Shown: positions 28,101-43,100 of the stretch, one piece after another | Position numbering within the stretch: the first letter of the stretch is position 1 | Layout of the letters: each line of letters starts with the position of its first letter | DNA from: Ostreococcus lucimarinus | Lineage: Eukaryota | Assembly (NCBI GenBank): GCA_000092065.1 | Contig: CP000582.1 | Length of the DNA stretch: 64,000 nucleotides | Strand: one strand, 5' to 3' | Program-made: the position numbers and the translations under genes | The notes under the pieces: generated by a model | Seen by the model: only the letters and a program-made list of their open reading frames with translations | The model's database searches: none | Told to the model about the DNA's origin: nothing

Positions 28101-31100
28101 GATGAATTGTCCCAGAATCGGATTCATTTATGACAATTGAGCCTTTTGCATTTAAGACCGCAGTCGCCGTTGTGATGTTCAACAATCCCGCTTTATTTGC
28201 AAAGTGTAACGAAATATCAGTACAGTTAATGCTCAAACTCAGCTGCAAGTTTCTGATAAATGAATAGTGCATGTGAGTGCTGAAAAGTGTCAGTTTTGTA
28301 TGACCTGTAGCGTGCATGTGCACTACAAAGGGTGAAGTATCGACAGGCATAATACATGGATAATCTAATCCTTTCCCGGGGACTTTTTGAGAATATTGTA
28401 GTCTAATATTCGAGATGTTCTTTCCTAGTGCAGTGGGAGGCCTTGTGAAAACATACTTTCTCAAGAGCGTAGTAGAACCAAATATTACATGCGGTGAAAA
28501 CGACAAAACTTCTGCATCAGGAATGCTATCTGAGTCTCTGTGAACCAGCAGTACACCATCCAGCGAAGCAACGACGTAGTGGAGAAGAAGTCGAAGGTAA
28601 AAGTTTGACGTCACTGCATACACGCGCAGGCGAGAGTGTCTGACTTCCGGAATTAGGTTGAATATGTATTCGCGGTACGTGGTCATATGTTGGTCAATAT
28701 CCAAGTATATGCATACATTGCTCGAAGTAACATATAAAGGTTGGGAAATATAGATCGTCTTCACATTTGTGTTCGTCTGTGCGCTTTCATTCCGTGATTT
28801 TTGGATTGATTGCGACAGTCTAGCTCGCATTAGCCGAGAAGTGTGGGAATGTTGGAGAGAAGTACCTCTTTCCATACGTATGCTGCTTTTTAGAATGAGG
28901 CTCTTCAACAGAGTTTTCCCACTATGTAACTGCTCTTCACACGAAGACCGGCAGGTATGTTCAAGACAGGCAATCAAATTGTCGACTGTGCCTCTGCAAA
29001 ATTTGCTTTCGTCATACATCAGGGTGCCGCTAATGTCGGCATGAGAATCTTGAAGTCCCAACCAGAGCGAAAAAACGGCTTGTTGAAAATGCTCTACTCT
29101 GGACTCCATACATTTTGATCGACGCAGATTGCTGACAAAGCTGAAGCATGTCTCAAACATAGGATTGTTAGCATGAAAGTCACATCCATGTCGAGTGCAA
29201 AGCAAATGGATGATATCGTTGATGGGGACTAGAGGGCATTCACGAGCAGCGTTTATCATGTGGTGCACATTCGCGACAATATGTGAGAAATTGATGTTCA
29301 TGTCGACCACACATCGGCCTGGTACAACGGCAGCGTAACACCCTATGGTTGATTGTTGTGAAAGTGAACTTGCGCATCGTAAATCGAATGAGTTTCCGAG
29401 AGTGATTCTTGCCAGACGTGATGCCTGAACCTGGCGTTCAGTTATGGTGGCGATCACAATTAGCCAGCAAGAAAGCAAAATGGTGCAAGTAGTAGTACCT
29501 AAGATTCTTGCGGTAGACTTCAATAAACGCGTTGCGCTTGCACTGAGTTTGAAAGGAACTCCAGCGCCTCGCAAGATGTCTGGTGAATTTAGGTCAGTCA
29601 TGAAATCATGTCGCAGCTTTGAGGCATTGAAACTACTTCGCTTATTTTCTGTGAGAACGTTCTCCCAGTGTATCAACGCTTTATTTCTCAGTTGTGCACG
29701 ACGATCTTTTTGGTCTATCAGGTGATGAAACCAGGAGGTGTACGAATCGAACGTCCCAGGTCGATCGCATGTAAGTGTGTTTGATCTACACGCATGGGCG
29801 ATGATAGCTAAAGAGAGCGCGTCACCAGCAATGTGGTGCAAAACTACCAGCAATTTTGACTCGCCCAGGCGATACAAACGAAGTGGTGCGTCGTTGAAAA
29901 TATCGAATGGATATGACTTCGCTTCAGCTATGACGATCTCTGAACGTCGGTGAACCGAACCACAATTCTTTCTATCACACCTTAAGATTGGTATGGAAGA
30001 AATTGTCTCTCCTGATTTTATGGATACACTATCATTGGGGGAAAAACGCATTCGTAGAATTGGATGGTTTAGTAACATACAGTTGAAGACCTCAATTATA
30101 TCCTTCTCCATAGAGATGTCCACGATCATTGACATATTGTAAGCACAACTTGACGGATAGAGCTTGAAGTGCAGTACAAATATTTTTTGTTCTTGGCTTG
30201 ATACCAGGACGCTGTCGTCTTTTACGTTTGCATGAGCTTCACTTTGGGAGACTGCAGTCGCGACCTGATTCATTTCGAGTCGTTTTATCAATTCCTCCAT
30301 TGATAAACTTTCAGTCAACAAGCTGGCTGGTATGCGACATCCGAGTTGCTGTTGAAGCCTAGCAAAAAATTCAGTTATCCCTAAGGAATCCATCCCACTC
30401 TCTATGAGAGTTTTGTCTTTCATAAATGAGTGGAAACTAACATCGCGGTAGCATGCGGAGACGATTTCGTACAACGATAGTTGGGCACCGTTGTGATTGA
30501 ACTCAGATGGCACATCCGGTTTCTTATGGTTTGTTTTTCTTTTGCGCAAGTGTGACCTTGATACTGACTGGTGCTCTAAATAGTGGAACTTGGAACTAGA
30601 TGAATTTCGCGCTACCAGCACATCCCAATGGCCGACTTCATTGCGATACCTCTCCATGTAGAAAAGTTCAATGTGTAGGGTAATGCATTTCATCTCACGT
30701 GAACGATGATGTATAAGTGTCTTTGAGTCTTCAAATAGCTTGCTCGGTAGAGCGAGGCCGGATTTTGACAATGTGCGCCCATACAAACTCTGTGATGAAG
30801 GACGGAAACACAATCGCCGTGCTGATTGAGATTGTCTTGTGAAATGTGATGCACATCGAGTCAAACGTGCTTCGAATGCGAGCTGTCCGCAGGCTTCTGC
30901 ACTGTTGAAAGTTCCATCGTGCGTACTTAGAGAGACAGTCCAGACATCTCGTGCGCATGTTTTCGTGCGATGAATACACTTTGTGATCAGGAAACGATCG
31001 TCATTGCCCAGCATATTAAGGGTCTGAAGATAACTCTCGATGTGTGCGCCAATTCCATGCATGTGAGCGTGGATGCACAAAATTATCTTGCAAGTCCCTT

Positions 31101-34100
31101 TCAAGTGTAGAAAATGGCCACGCATGTTTATCATCGGACTTCCACTGTCTTCAGCTTGATTAAATTCTAGTCTATGCCATAAAAATTCCATATCAGTGGT
31201 TCCCAAATGTTTACACCATTCATCTGAAGCAGCCACGATGTGTGCGTTTGTTCCAGAGTATCCAAACGAGCTTATCGATTTTAAGGCTGGGTTTAACGCG
31301 CATCGGCCTCGATTGAATCTCAATACATTCACATACTCCTTTACACTATCAAGAACAATTGGATTCATGTTGCGCAAAGACAATAGAAATCTACTTAAGC
31401 GCATATCATAAAGTGTCATCACTAACCCATGGATTCCTGAAGACGCTTCGCTGTGCCCATGTAGCGTCTTACTTGCCTGGAAGACGACGGGAGAGCGACC
31501 CACACAGTATACTCGTTGAATTGCAGCTATCTCGATGGGATCACCGAGCTGCGTACCTGTGCCATGTAACTCAGACTCATCTACGCCATTTCCTTCGACA
31601 TTAATGCCTGAGTGCGATGCACAGGATTGAATTAGCTCAAATTGAGCGTTGCCGTTCGGTGCCACCAAGGAACTAGTCCTTCCATCTTGGTTTATTTTGC
31701 TTGCTTTGAAGTATCCTACGTTTTCACTGATATCGTTCGATGCAGCGTGATCCACGCGACGTTTTGCAAGAAGCAGGCCTGCATAATTTTCGGCCCGACC
31801 ATATCCGTCGGCTTCGACGTCCATCGCTTTACATCTGCCATCTGATGATAGCATTCCTGCTGCATTGCAGACTATTGAAGTTCTTGGATCAAATATTAAG
31901 TTGACCCCGAAGGCCAGTTGTTCACAATCTCGATAATGATCATCACAAACACATGAAAAGTGCACTGCAACTAACGATGAAGAACACGCGGTATCAATAG
32001 ATATAGATTGTCCAGTAAAGTTGAAAGTGAAAGAAATCCTGCCGGCAGCAACGTTTGACACATTCGTTGCACTTTCATATCCGTTTGCAAGTGTAGACTT
32101 ATCACGCAAGATTCTTGCGTAGTCCGACGACGTGATGCCGACAAATACTGACTTTGCACATCCATTGACGCAATACTTTTTGTCGAGCAACGATGCGGCA
32201 GTGCCAAGCAGAACGCGCTGCTGTGGATCGCAGAGACGAGCTTCCATGCGTGACATATCAAAGGTATTGGCATCAAAATGATATACTTGAGCAATGAATC
32301 CACCAAAACTTGGTGGAAGTGCACCGTCTAGGGTATCAAATTTGAATAAATCTATGATCCAACGCTTCTCCAAACCTTGAATCGCATCAAACAACGGAAT
32401 CTTGTGAGTTACTGTCGACTGGCTGTGAAAAGTCTTAGCGTAGACTCGCACGTCAATACTATGACGTTTATGTTGGGTAGTCAAAGAGCAGGAAGACCTT
32501 TGTATGGAAATTTGATTTTGATGCGATTCGGACAACATACATTGGTTTTGTTGCGACAAAAAACGAATTAAAGATCGGAGTGTCGGATGCTCAAATGCTA
32601 CTAACTTTGGCACATCAATATGAAGCTTCGATGAAAGTGCATCAGCAAGTTCCAAAGCAAAAGTTGAGTCCACGCCGTTGGTCATGACGCTCTCATCCAA
32701 AGAAAATGGTCCATTTCTACATCCCCGTAAATCCGTTAGAACGCGCTGCACCACTGAAGCTACATGTGATTGTACGACATCCACGTGCATAGCTTCCAAA
32801 TAGTTGTCGTCACTCACAATCTGAGTTGATGGGTGTTTTACCCTATCAAGGAGATCGTCAAGTAGATCCCATTGCTGTAGGCTATGTTCTGTTTGGTTCA
32901 GCAGTACTCTAAATTGTGAGTCATATTTCTGCATGTCCAACTTGACTACCAAAACACCAGGAAGCGCACGAGTCAAATGACATTTTGATATTATACTGCA
33001 AAGCTTATTGGGGCAAATCGAGGTCAGGCCCAAGATGGATGAGTCCCATGTTGCATTTAACGCCATACCAACACTCGCAAATGGCCCCAAGCGGATTGAG
33101 ATAATTTCGCTTCCAAAAGAATGAAACCAAAGTGATAGCTCATCAATGTATGCATTTGACGCTGCATACGATGCCGCTCTCCCAAGACCGAAAACAGCGC
33201 TGATTGACGACAGAAATATGTCTATTTGTCGTGAGTGGGACGGAAAAAGCCAAGGCGTATTGTCTTTTTTAGCTTGTACTGAAGTTGCGACTTTTGGTAC
33301 GAAGACTGCCATCATCTGTGCAGGTGTCAGGTGTTTCACTGGAGTCATCTGAAAGACTCCTGCGGAATGTATAACTGACAGTTTTTTATTTTGATCCTTG
33401 CAGAACCGGGATTTAATGGCTGCTAACTCATCTAAATTGCACACACAAGCTCTCGATATTGTCAGATAGTCATCTTCCGTGGAAAATGTTGGATCCACGT
33501 GAAGCACGCGACTTCGCCCTGTGCGGCCAACAATACAAACATTACAATGCGAATGGCGTTTCAAATTATTTATTAAGTGAGCGGTTATGCCATGAGTTCC
33601 ACCATATGTTAAAACATTATGCGAGCAAGTCCATGCGAACTCACGCTGTCGTCCTTCGCGGAGGGTTGAACGTAAACTTACTTGCGCTAATCGCTGTGTG
33701 AAAATTTTACCAGCCTCAACTCTCATCTTGCACGAACTACAACTCAAAAACGTAAACTTTTCAAATACTGGTTTCGGAGCTAAAGCAACTTGCACATGTG
33801 GATACTCCAAATGCAATGCCTGAATTAAGCTCTCCATGGTCCCGAACGTGCAGGCGGCTTCACTTGCAGGACGTGGCTGCGTGGCCAGGTTGAAACAGGT
33901 TGATGAGCATGATCTTGAGACAATGCTTATCAACGGTAAAAACGTGAACATTGATGCGTAAATTGATGCAAATGTGTACGATGAGTCTTCTACTCTTTGA
34001 TAGGGCACTATGTCACACAAGTCCAGGTTAAAGGCACGCTTTCCAATTCGCGAAGCTTTGAAACTACCAAAATTAATACAATCTGTGCCGTCAATTCGTT

Positions 34101-37100
34101 GATGTTTTGCGGCTCCATAAACCCAATTGGCCACGTACTGATGCGTCGGTAATTTAGCACGTCTTCGTATTTGTGATGCACTTTCTTCACACTCTATCAA
34201 GTTATTGGAAGATTGAATTCGAGATTTAGTACGTGTAATTTTCCTATTTGAAACTGTACGATGCGCGCACGTGGTATTCAACAATCTTGAGAACTGAACC
34301 ATGGCGCAAGATATACGCAAAAAATGATGCATACACGACTTTAACAGTTGCTCTTTGACTCCTGTATCGCTAAAAAGTGTGTGTTCCATTGCACGACATG
34401 TAGAAATTGAATTCCGGAAGAACTGACATACGCTGAGGAAGCGCCGGTCGCGTACCTGTGGAGTAACGGTCACGCAGCCTTTACCAGTGTTAACACCATT
34501 CGACCCTACAACTTTAAACACAGAAGTTCTTTCGCAGAGATGTACGACCAAATTATCCTTTACTGCATTATGAGTTGTCAGCACTACTTGTGAAAGCATC
34601 GTCAATCGTTCGTTTGTTGTTATACCAACTACGGAATGTACAGCAAAAAGTAGATCTGACATTCGTGCGATATCATTATCCATATTATTTCTTTGCTTGA
34701 ATGTTAGCCATTGTGACGAATCTAGGTAATAGGCTTTACACTCCACTGTCATGTAATCGTGCAGTAAGTACTTTTCGTCGAGAAGTAGTGGGTTGCCGTC
34801 CATAGGGCGCTTATACAGAGCGCTGTAAACGGTCGCCGATAATATCGCGTGAGCGTTTGTACCTTGAAATGCAAACGAGCTCGTTCCCGTCTTCGCATTT
34901 GCTTTATGCACATGCTGGCACGAAGCAGAAGCAGATCGCGGCACAGCAACGTTTGGCTCTTGAGAGGGATTTATTGACATTGCGTGCCACGCATGTACGT
35001 TGAGTAAGCGCATGTGCATTATGCCAGTGTGTCTTTGCATTTCTACGGCACGTGATGCACTTATGAGCCCCGCCACACCGGCAGCACATTCAGCGTGCCC
35101 CATGTTCGTTTTGATTGCATGCAATCGTAAAGTTTCTGCCTGACCCAAAACAGACATCGCGCCTCCTACTTCTATGGGGTCACCAAGTGGCGTCCCAGTT
35201 CCATGCATTTCAAGGGCCCGCACTTCTAATGGCCGAGTCGAAGCGTTTGCCAGGGCTGATTTGATGACTCTGGTCTGCGATGGTCCATTTGGCGCCGTCA
35301 ACGAGCTCGTTCGACCGTCTTGATTTACTGCGGTCCCACACAGCCACACGCTCTCGCTATTGACATTCGCGGTTGGACTCAGTAATAATGTATCACAGCT
35401 TTCGGCTCGCACGTAACCATCCGCGGCCGCATCGAGCGTCTTGCAGCGGCCATCAGGCGCTAGCATACCAGCGCGTAGAAACATGGCCGTCGTAGTCTCG
35501 GTGAGGATGAGGTTCACGCCACCCGTTACAGTTGAGTCGCACTCACTCTGAAATACAGATGCCACACCGAGATGGACTGCCACAAGGGACGAGGAGCAGG
35601 CAGTGTCGATACTCATCGCCGGTCCTGTGAGATCGAATGTGAAGCATATCCGTCCAGAAGCGACACTGGAAACGCTCGAAGCGGGCACATCTCTGAAATT
35701 GAGTGGGAATATTAGTCGAAGTGCCCCGTACTCATCGGCACTGACACCAATGAAACAGCCTGTTTGACCATCGATTACACCTTGGTCGTCGTAGATGCAG
35801 CCGAAAGTGCACTTGAGTAACGTCCGTTGTCTTGGATCCATTTGCGCAGTTGTGCGTTCATTGAGGTCGAAAATGTGTGCGTCAAAATTGTTTACATTAT
35901 TCATATGAAATGCAAATGGTGGGTTGCCTGATTCAAAGAAAGAATCGAACCGGCTGTCGACGAGCGTCACTTCGTCGTCGTAGGTTGCAGTAGACATATT
36001 GCCGTAGAAAGACGCAAGTGTGATACTTCTATTGCCCAGATTCTCCGCAGAACTGCCTTCCAATACCCGCAAGCTTTGTCGTGATTGAATTGATGATGAA
36101 CTTGAACTTTGTAAACGGTCTGCAAGATGACGAGCTAGTGATTTTACCGTCGGGTAATCAAAACCGAGTGTATGTGGCAGATTGAGAGACGTCTCTACAG
36201 CCAAGCTCATCGCTAACTGCGACATACCGATAGAATCCAGACCTAACGATGTAAGTGGTGTATTTATTGACTTCTCATCTTGATTGATTCCAGTAATAGA
36301 AGACAAATTTCTGAAAATGAGTCCCTCTAGAGATATAAGATCATCGTGAGTTTCATCTTCGGCCCCAGCTTTGGTGGAATAAATGGTAGCGTCATCTTTC
36401 GATGATAATTCGTGTGAATTAAACCCTGAACCCAGATGCGCTTGATTATGTAGTTTTTGCCCTATCACAGAATAACATGGAGCAGAGAAAATATCGCTCG
36501 AAAGTACGTACAGATTTTTCAAGATATCCAAAGCAAGGTGTGGATTTATTGAGGGCATAAAAGCAGTGTTTGCGGAAATTCTACGCGTATCAATAGCCAT
36601 TCCAACTGCACTCCACGCTCCCCATCGAGTACTCACAATGTTCATGCCTGAAGCCTTCTTATGTGCCGACATCATATCAAGTGTTGCATTCGCAGAGGAA
36701 TAGTTGGCTTGTCCTATAGAACCGAAGACGGCGAGGGAAGAAAATACTATTGAAACAAGCATTGCATGGTGTAAGTGCGTTTTAGAACAAGAGAAAGATC
36801 CCGTCTTTGGAGCAAATGTAGACCTAATGGAATGAGGATTTTGTGAAGCATGCAAAGCGTCTTTCGTTACGCCACTCATGTGGACAATTCCAAAGGTGTT
36901 TGTGTCTCCTTCGTATGGTAATACGGTGGTAGAGGCGCACGAGTCATCTTGCCTAAGTTTTAAACTGATTCGCCAATGGTTAAAGAGTTTTGGTTTTGCG
37001 GACTTTCCACTTCTACATGATACACAAATGCCTAGTACATTGTGGTTGTGTGCTAACCAACCAACGTTCATCACCCCAATGCCACCTGTGCCACCTGTAA

Positions 37101-40100
37101 TTCCCCAATACTCGCACCTGTTCGAAATGAAGTGTTCCGATGGTAAGTTGTATCGTAGATGTTTCAGGAACGCAATAATGTTTTGGTTTAGTTCTTCATC
37201 AGATACTGAACACTGAGTGTGGTGATTTGACATTGTGCGAAAGCGTTCGCGTTCAATTCTTTCTTCTGTCTGTGTTCGTACTAGCGAAAGAAGGCAAGAG
37301 TAATGCACGAAGTGCATTTGTGACATCTCTATCCAAATATACTGCGACGAGTTTTGTAGCTGCTCATAGGATGCTGTGCAGAGAATCACATCACCAGCAT
37401 TCAGGCTTGACTTGGACAATTTTGTAGCGACTACCCCTATGAAGGGTATATGTGCAACTTTCGCATTCATTAACATACTTTTGACGCTCGATCCCGATGC
37501 GAATGAACGCTTTATTTCAACGAGAATAGACTGGTTAGAATCGGTTGCCACTTGCATCTTGGGGTACAAGAACTGTTGTTGCACTGATATGCGAAGTTGA
37601 CACGGCATTTTGACCTTCCGAAATGTTGAGTTTGTCACGCGTTTTTGCTTTCCTTCCTCATACATAATGCATCGTAAGACAGCCTCCAAGTGTGAATGTC
37701 CGACACTACTTAGCGCCGGTGATTGAACTTTTACATATTTTGACTGCATGAAGCACATCATGCTGGCAGTCTCCACGCCGAAGAGTGCAGGCCTCGATGG
37801 CCACTCAGGTGCATGGATAGATCTTGAATTTTCGGTTTCGTAGTACACACTGTGAACGAAATCTAGCGCACCGCAAGATTTTCTTTCAGTCGTCATCAAA
37901 CTAGATAAGTGACGCATTCTGATGATTGAAGCAGTGCAACCATGCATGGTCATCATGGCAGAAGTTTTGTTCCCCGCGCTATATAAAATGAACGAAGCAT
38001 GTACTTCTCCTGCAGATGCGGTTTGCATCATGCACTTGGAGTCCATCACATCCATACTATGCGATGCCATGCAGTTTTGTCTTATTGACTCAACAGCTTT
38101 TGGTAGGTATCCTGCAGTTATTGAATAAGTCTGACAGATTTGTAGACATGCATCACAAGTTGCCGACATCGTGAAAGGTGATGGCCGGTGTTGTGAATCA
38201 ACTCTACCTAGTATTTTGCTTTGTTTTTCGCAATGTTTTTTTGTGTATGTATGAACGCGTTGTTGAGTGTGAGTCAGAGACGTCAACGCAAATGAAAATG
38301 TGCAATTAATGGCACTTCCTGCATTCGAAAGTATTCCCGTCCGTTGCCAAATTTTAATTTGTACATTTCCAAAATGTGCTGGTTTTATGAAAACCACATC
38401 TCGAAGCAAGAGTAATGTTTGGTTTTTCGTAATGTTTTTCATACTCTCTCGCAAAATCTGCGCGAGCAAAGTCCCTGGTAGGCATGTTCTGTTCAAAACT
38501 TGATGGTCAGTGAGGAATTGGTTTTCAACATGGTTGAGCAAAAAAACAGTCTCAAGAACTCTATTGGTTACGTGCGCTCTGAATGGTGCCATGATTTGAA
38601 GACCCCAGCAATCAATTGGAGTGTACATGATGGATTTGCACGCAAGTTGTCGTCTGATTTGAAACTCATCATGTGCTACTGATACAATTGCGTGAGCATT
38701 TGTTCCCTGGAAAGCGAACGAGCTTATCGCCTGTGTCCGTGAAAGAGACTGCATGTTTTCCCTCGTAAATAATGCTAATTGAATTTTCGAGTTCAATGAT
38801 AACACGTCACTCACATGTGCATTTAAATGGCGCAAATGAACGATTGCGATAGCGGCTGATTCTGATAAAGAGTGGACGAGATGGGCAAATGAAGCACAGC
38901 CAGATGCCGGCTCAGCATGACCAGACCTTGATTTAACGGCCTGAGCCATCAATGGAGCATGGCTAACCTTCATCGGCGGTCTGAGGGCCTTGAACGTTGA
39001 TGAGACTTCAATCGGATCGCCAAGGATAGTTCCTGTACCGTGCAATTGTATGGCACCTATGTGATCAACTTCGACAGTTGCGGCGTGTGCAGTCGTTGAA
39101 ATCAATATCACTTGAGCGATTCCATTGGGTGCTGTGAGTGAACTCGTTCGTCCGTCTTGAGCGACAGTGCAAGCCATGAGTACACAGCGCTGTGTATGGG
39201 ATTTACAACGACTGAGTATCTGTAATTCGCAACACTCACCTCTGACATACCCATCTGCATGCATATCTAACACTTTACAACGACCTTCTGCAGATAACAT
39301 ACCCGCCAAGTAGCAAAGATACGAATTCCTGGGACTTATGATATGAACGCCTCCACAAAGCATATCATGCACGGCGTCGAATGTGTTCCGACATCCCAAG
39401 GTTTCCCGGCGAGCGATATACATCGCCACTAGCGCTGAAGAACATGCTGTATCCACGCTGACGGCTGGGCCTTGCATATCAAATATATATGCAAGACGAC
39501 CGGATGCTACGCTGATATGTTGACCGGATGCACTATATGCACAGGAATGCTCGCGTGCGCCTAAGGACACTTCGGGATAAGATGAAATACCAAGCGAGAT
39601 ACCGGTGTAAATGCTGAATAGATGGCTATGGAATAGACGTTGAGAATGTTCCAACAGCAGACGCTGCTGTGGGTCCATGCTGATCGCCTCTGCTTTTCCA
39701 ATTCGGAAACCTTGCCAGTCGAACATCACGATGCTTTCAACGAAGCAGCCCACTTTTAAACGTGGGTCGCTTTCTCCAAGTTCATCCGACAAAATGCGCC
39801 GTGCTGTTGGCATGAGGGCAATACTGTCGCAGTTTGCGACGCCCGCTGCCCCATGTGAAGTTCCAGATGACACAGCAAGCACACACTGAAGGTTGGGTTG
39901 CACAAATGGTGCGTTTTGTGGTGAACGACACAGTGCTTCTATCCCGTGCGCTTCGTCACAGCTGTGTTCAACATTTTGCATTAAATATGTGCACAATTTT
40001 GAAATGGTGGGGAAGTCAAATACCAAAGATGGTGCTACTTGCCTGTCGAAGTGTGTCGATATTTTACTGGCTAACTCAATCGCAGATAAAGAATCCAAGC

Positions 40101-43100
40101 CGGCGTCGTGGAGGGGGATATCAGGGTCAACATCGAAACCAATCAATGTGCAAACCATCTTATGAAGTAAACTCAGACAGTCCTGGGTGGTGTGACACCG
40201 CACGCCTGACGTAGTAAACTTTTTCTGACGCTCTAGCGTTGTTTGTTTATCAGCAATTTTCCGAGTGTGCACACTTTGCAAGCCGGTCGTATGTTTCTCA
40301 AGTAGCCAATCAGCCTTCGTCGAGTCACTGGTGAATGCGTTCTGGCATACGACGAGCACTGCGCCACATGATAGAGGTGCATTTTCTATTCTGCGCATGG
40401 TACTTTTCAGCGCAGCGAGGGCAGTCTTTGGGTCCATGAAGCCAACTCCTAGACGCGACATATTTCGTTCTATGTACTTATTACGGATCGCCATTCCGAC
40501 CTTCCCCCAGGCGCCCCATTGAACGCTGCACACAGGGCGACCAGCTGTGTGCTCAAATTGAGCGAGAGTATCCAAGGCAGAATTTGCGCATGAATAATTT
40601 GCCTGTCCTGGTGAACCTATTCGTGCCGTTATGGAAGAAAAGAAAATGGCGCTTAAAAGCGGTTTGCTTGAGTATAGATCAGCGTCAATGGTGAGAACTT
40701 TAGGAGCAAAGACTTCACGAATGCGTGCTGGCGTTTGTCGCAGAAGCAAGGCATCCGATGTACAACCTGCCGCATGCACGAGTCGAATTGAAGAGCACTT
40801 ATCAGTGAGCATGCAGTTATGGTTATGTGTTCGCCAGACATACATGAAACACTCAATGTAAAACGTCCGCTCATGCACGTAAATCTGAGATTTGCCTGAA
40901 CGATTCGGTAACTTGATGCATTGCATCTTCGTACGGATCAGCCTTCCAATGCCCCCGGACCCTCCTATTATCGTAAGTTGCTCTGTTTTTTTACCTTTCT
41001 CGTCACTTAAGCGCAGATATAAGGCTGAAGGTACGGTTTTATCGAAAAATTTGTGTTGATCTACGTATGAGTTTGACGGAACTATATTCTCTTGCACCGC
41101 TACCTTGCAAATTTGATGCAGCTGTTTGGTAGCGTTTGTACAATGAATGAGCTCGATGTGTCGACGCATTAGGCTTGTAAGTAAGGCGATATCGGCTGCA
41201 ACCTGCATCACTGAACATGCTTGTATTTTCCTTGGAACGGGTTCAAAGTCTGCATCTTGACATTCATAGAAAATTGTGATATTCTGGATTTTGCAGGGCG
41301 CTTTGCACGTTAAGCTACTAGCTTTGAACTGGGAATCGAAACCTAAAAGTTTGTCTAAACTCATACTGCAACCTGAGATTGTGTAACTTCCGACTGTTTT
41401 CACCTTGGAAACAGACTCAAAGATGGAGACACCACAACTAGCAAACCAACGCAATCCCTTGATCGCAATCTTCTGTGATACTGCGTCACCGATTACAGCA
41501 TTGACTGCTATTATGAAGGCTGCGGATGTGTTCGAAAGACTAGCTGCATTGTGATGAAGATCATAGGAACTGATAGAATGCGTGACGACATGCACATTTG
41601 AGCGGAGAAGAGGCGCGATTGTGGGCGAATCGAACTGCTTCATACTTGTATCGCACTTCTTGGATGCATGCTTTATCCTTGCACGACAATGCTCACCTTG
41701 TGAAGTTTCCACTTTGATCGCACCGGTTATGGCGCGGACAGAAACTTCTATACGTTGGTGGTACTGCAAAAGTAATGGCCTCACAATCGCAAGATCTTGA
41801 ACCATTGCAGTGTGTAAATCAAATGTACCGCACGCTTGAGCCATGTAATCTATGTACCCAGCCGCTGGAAATAACGGTTTTCCATGGATGCAATGGTCCG
41901 ACAGCGCTGGTGTCGGCTGATGGAGGCGCGAAACAATCGAATTGTGGCACACTTTTATCGACGCACCCGAGCTGTGCACTGGAGATGCAAACCAGCACTG
42001 ATTGCAGGAGAATAGCTTGGATGCGACACTATTGCAAGAACAGCCAGAATTTCGTGCTGTCGCCGATAATATCGCGTGAGCGTTTGTACCTTGAAATGCA
42101 AACGAGCTCGTTCCCGTCTTCGCATTTGCTTTATGCACATGCTGGCACGAAGCAGAAGCAGATCGCGGCACAGCAACGTTTGGCTCTTGAGAGGGATTTA
42201 TTGACATTGCGTGCCACGCATGTACGTTGAGTAAGCGCATGTGCATTATGCCAGTGTGTCTTTGCATTTCTACGGCACGTGATGCACTTATGAGCCCCGC
42301 CATACCGGCAGCACATTCAGCGTGCCCCATGTTCGTTTTGATTGCATGCAATCGTAAAGTTTCTGCCTGACCCAAAACAGACATCGCGCCTCCTACTTCT
42401 ATGGGGTCACCAAGTGGCGTCCCAGTTCCATGCATTTCAAGGGCCCGCACTTCTAATGGCCGAGTCGAAGCGTTTGCCAGGGCTGATTTGATGACTCTGG
42501 TCTGCGATGGTCCATTTGGCGCCGTCAACGAGCTCGTTCGACCGTCTTGATTTACTGCGGTCCCACACAGCCACACGCTCTCGCTATTGACATTCGCGGT
42601 TGGACTCAGTAATAATGTATCACAGCTTTCGGCTCGCACGTAACCATCCGCGGCCGCATCGAGCGTCTTGCAGCGGCCATCAGGCGCTAGCATACCAGCG
42701 CGTAGAAACATGGCCGTCGTAGTCTCGGTGAGGATGAGGTTCACGCCACCCGTTACAGTTGAGTCGCACTCACTCTGAAATACAGATGCCACACCGAGAT
42801 GGACTGCCACAAGGGACGAGGAGCAGGCAGTGTCGATACTCATCGCCGATCCTGTGAGATCGAATGTGAAGCATATCCGTCCAGAAGCGACACTCAACGC
42901 TTGTGATGTAGCATCTAGTGCACTTGCGGGGACACTTGTGGTTGTGCGCATGACCTCACCATACTCCATCCAAGCGATTCCAATAAACACAGAAGTGTGA
43001 GATATTGTGTATTTCGGTAGACATAGCGAGCTCACGCAGTGTAGTAGCAGACGCTGCTGTGGGTCCATGCTGATCGCCTCTGCTTTTCCAATTCGGAAAC

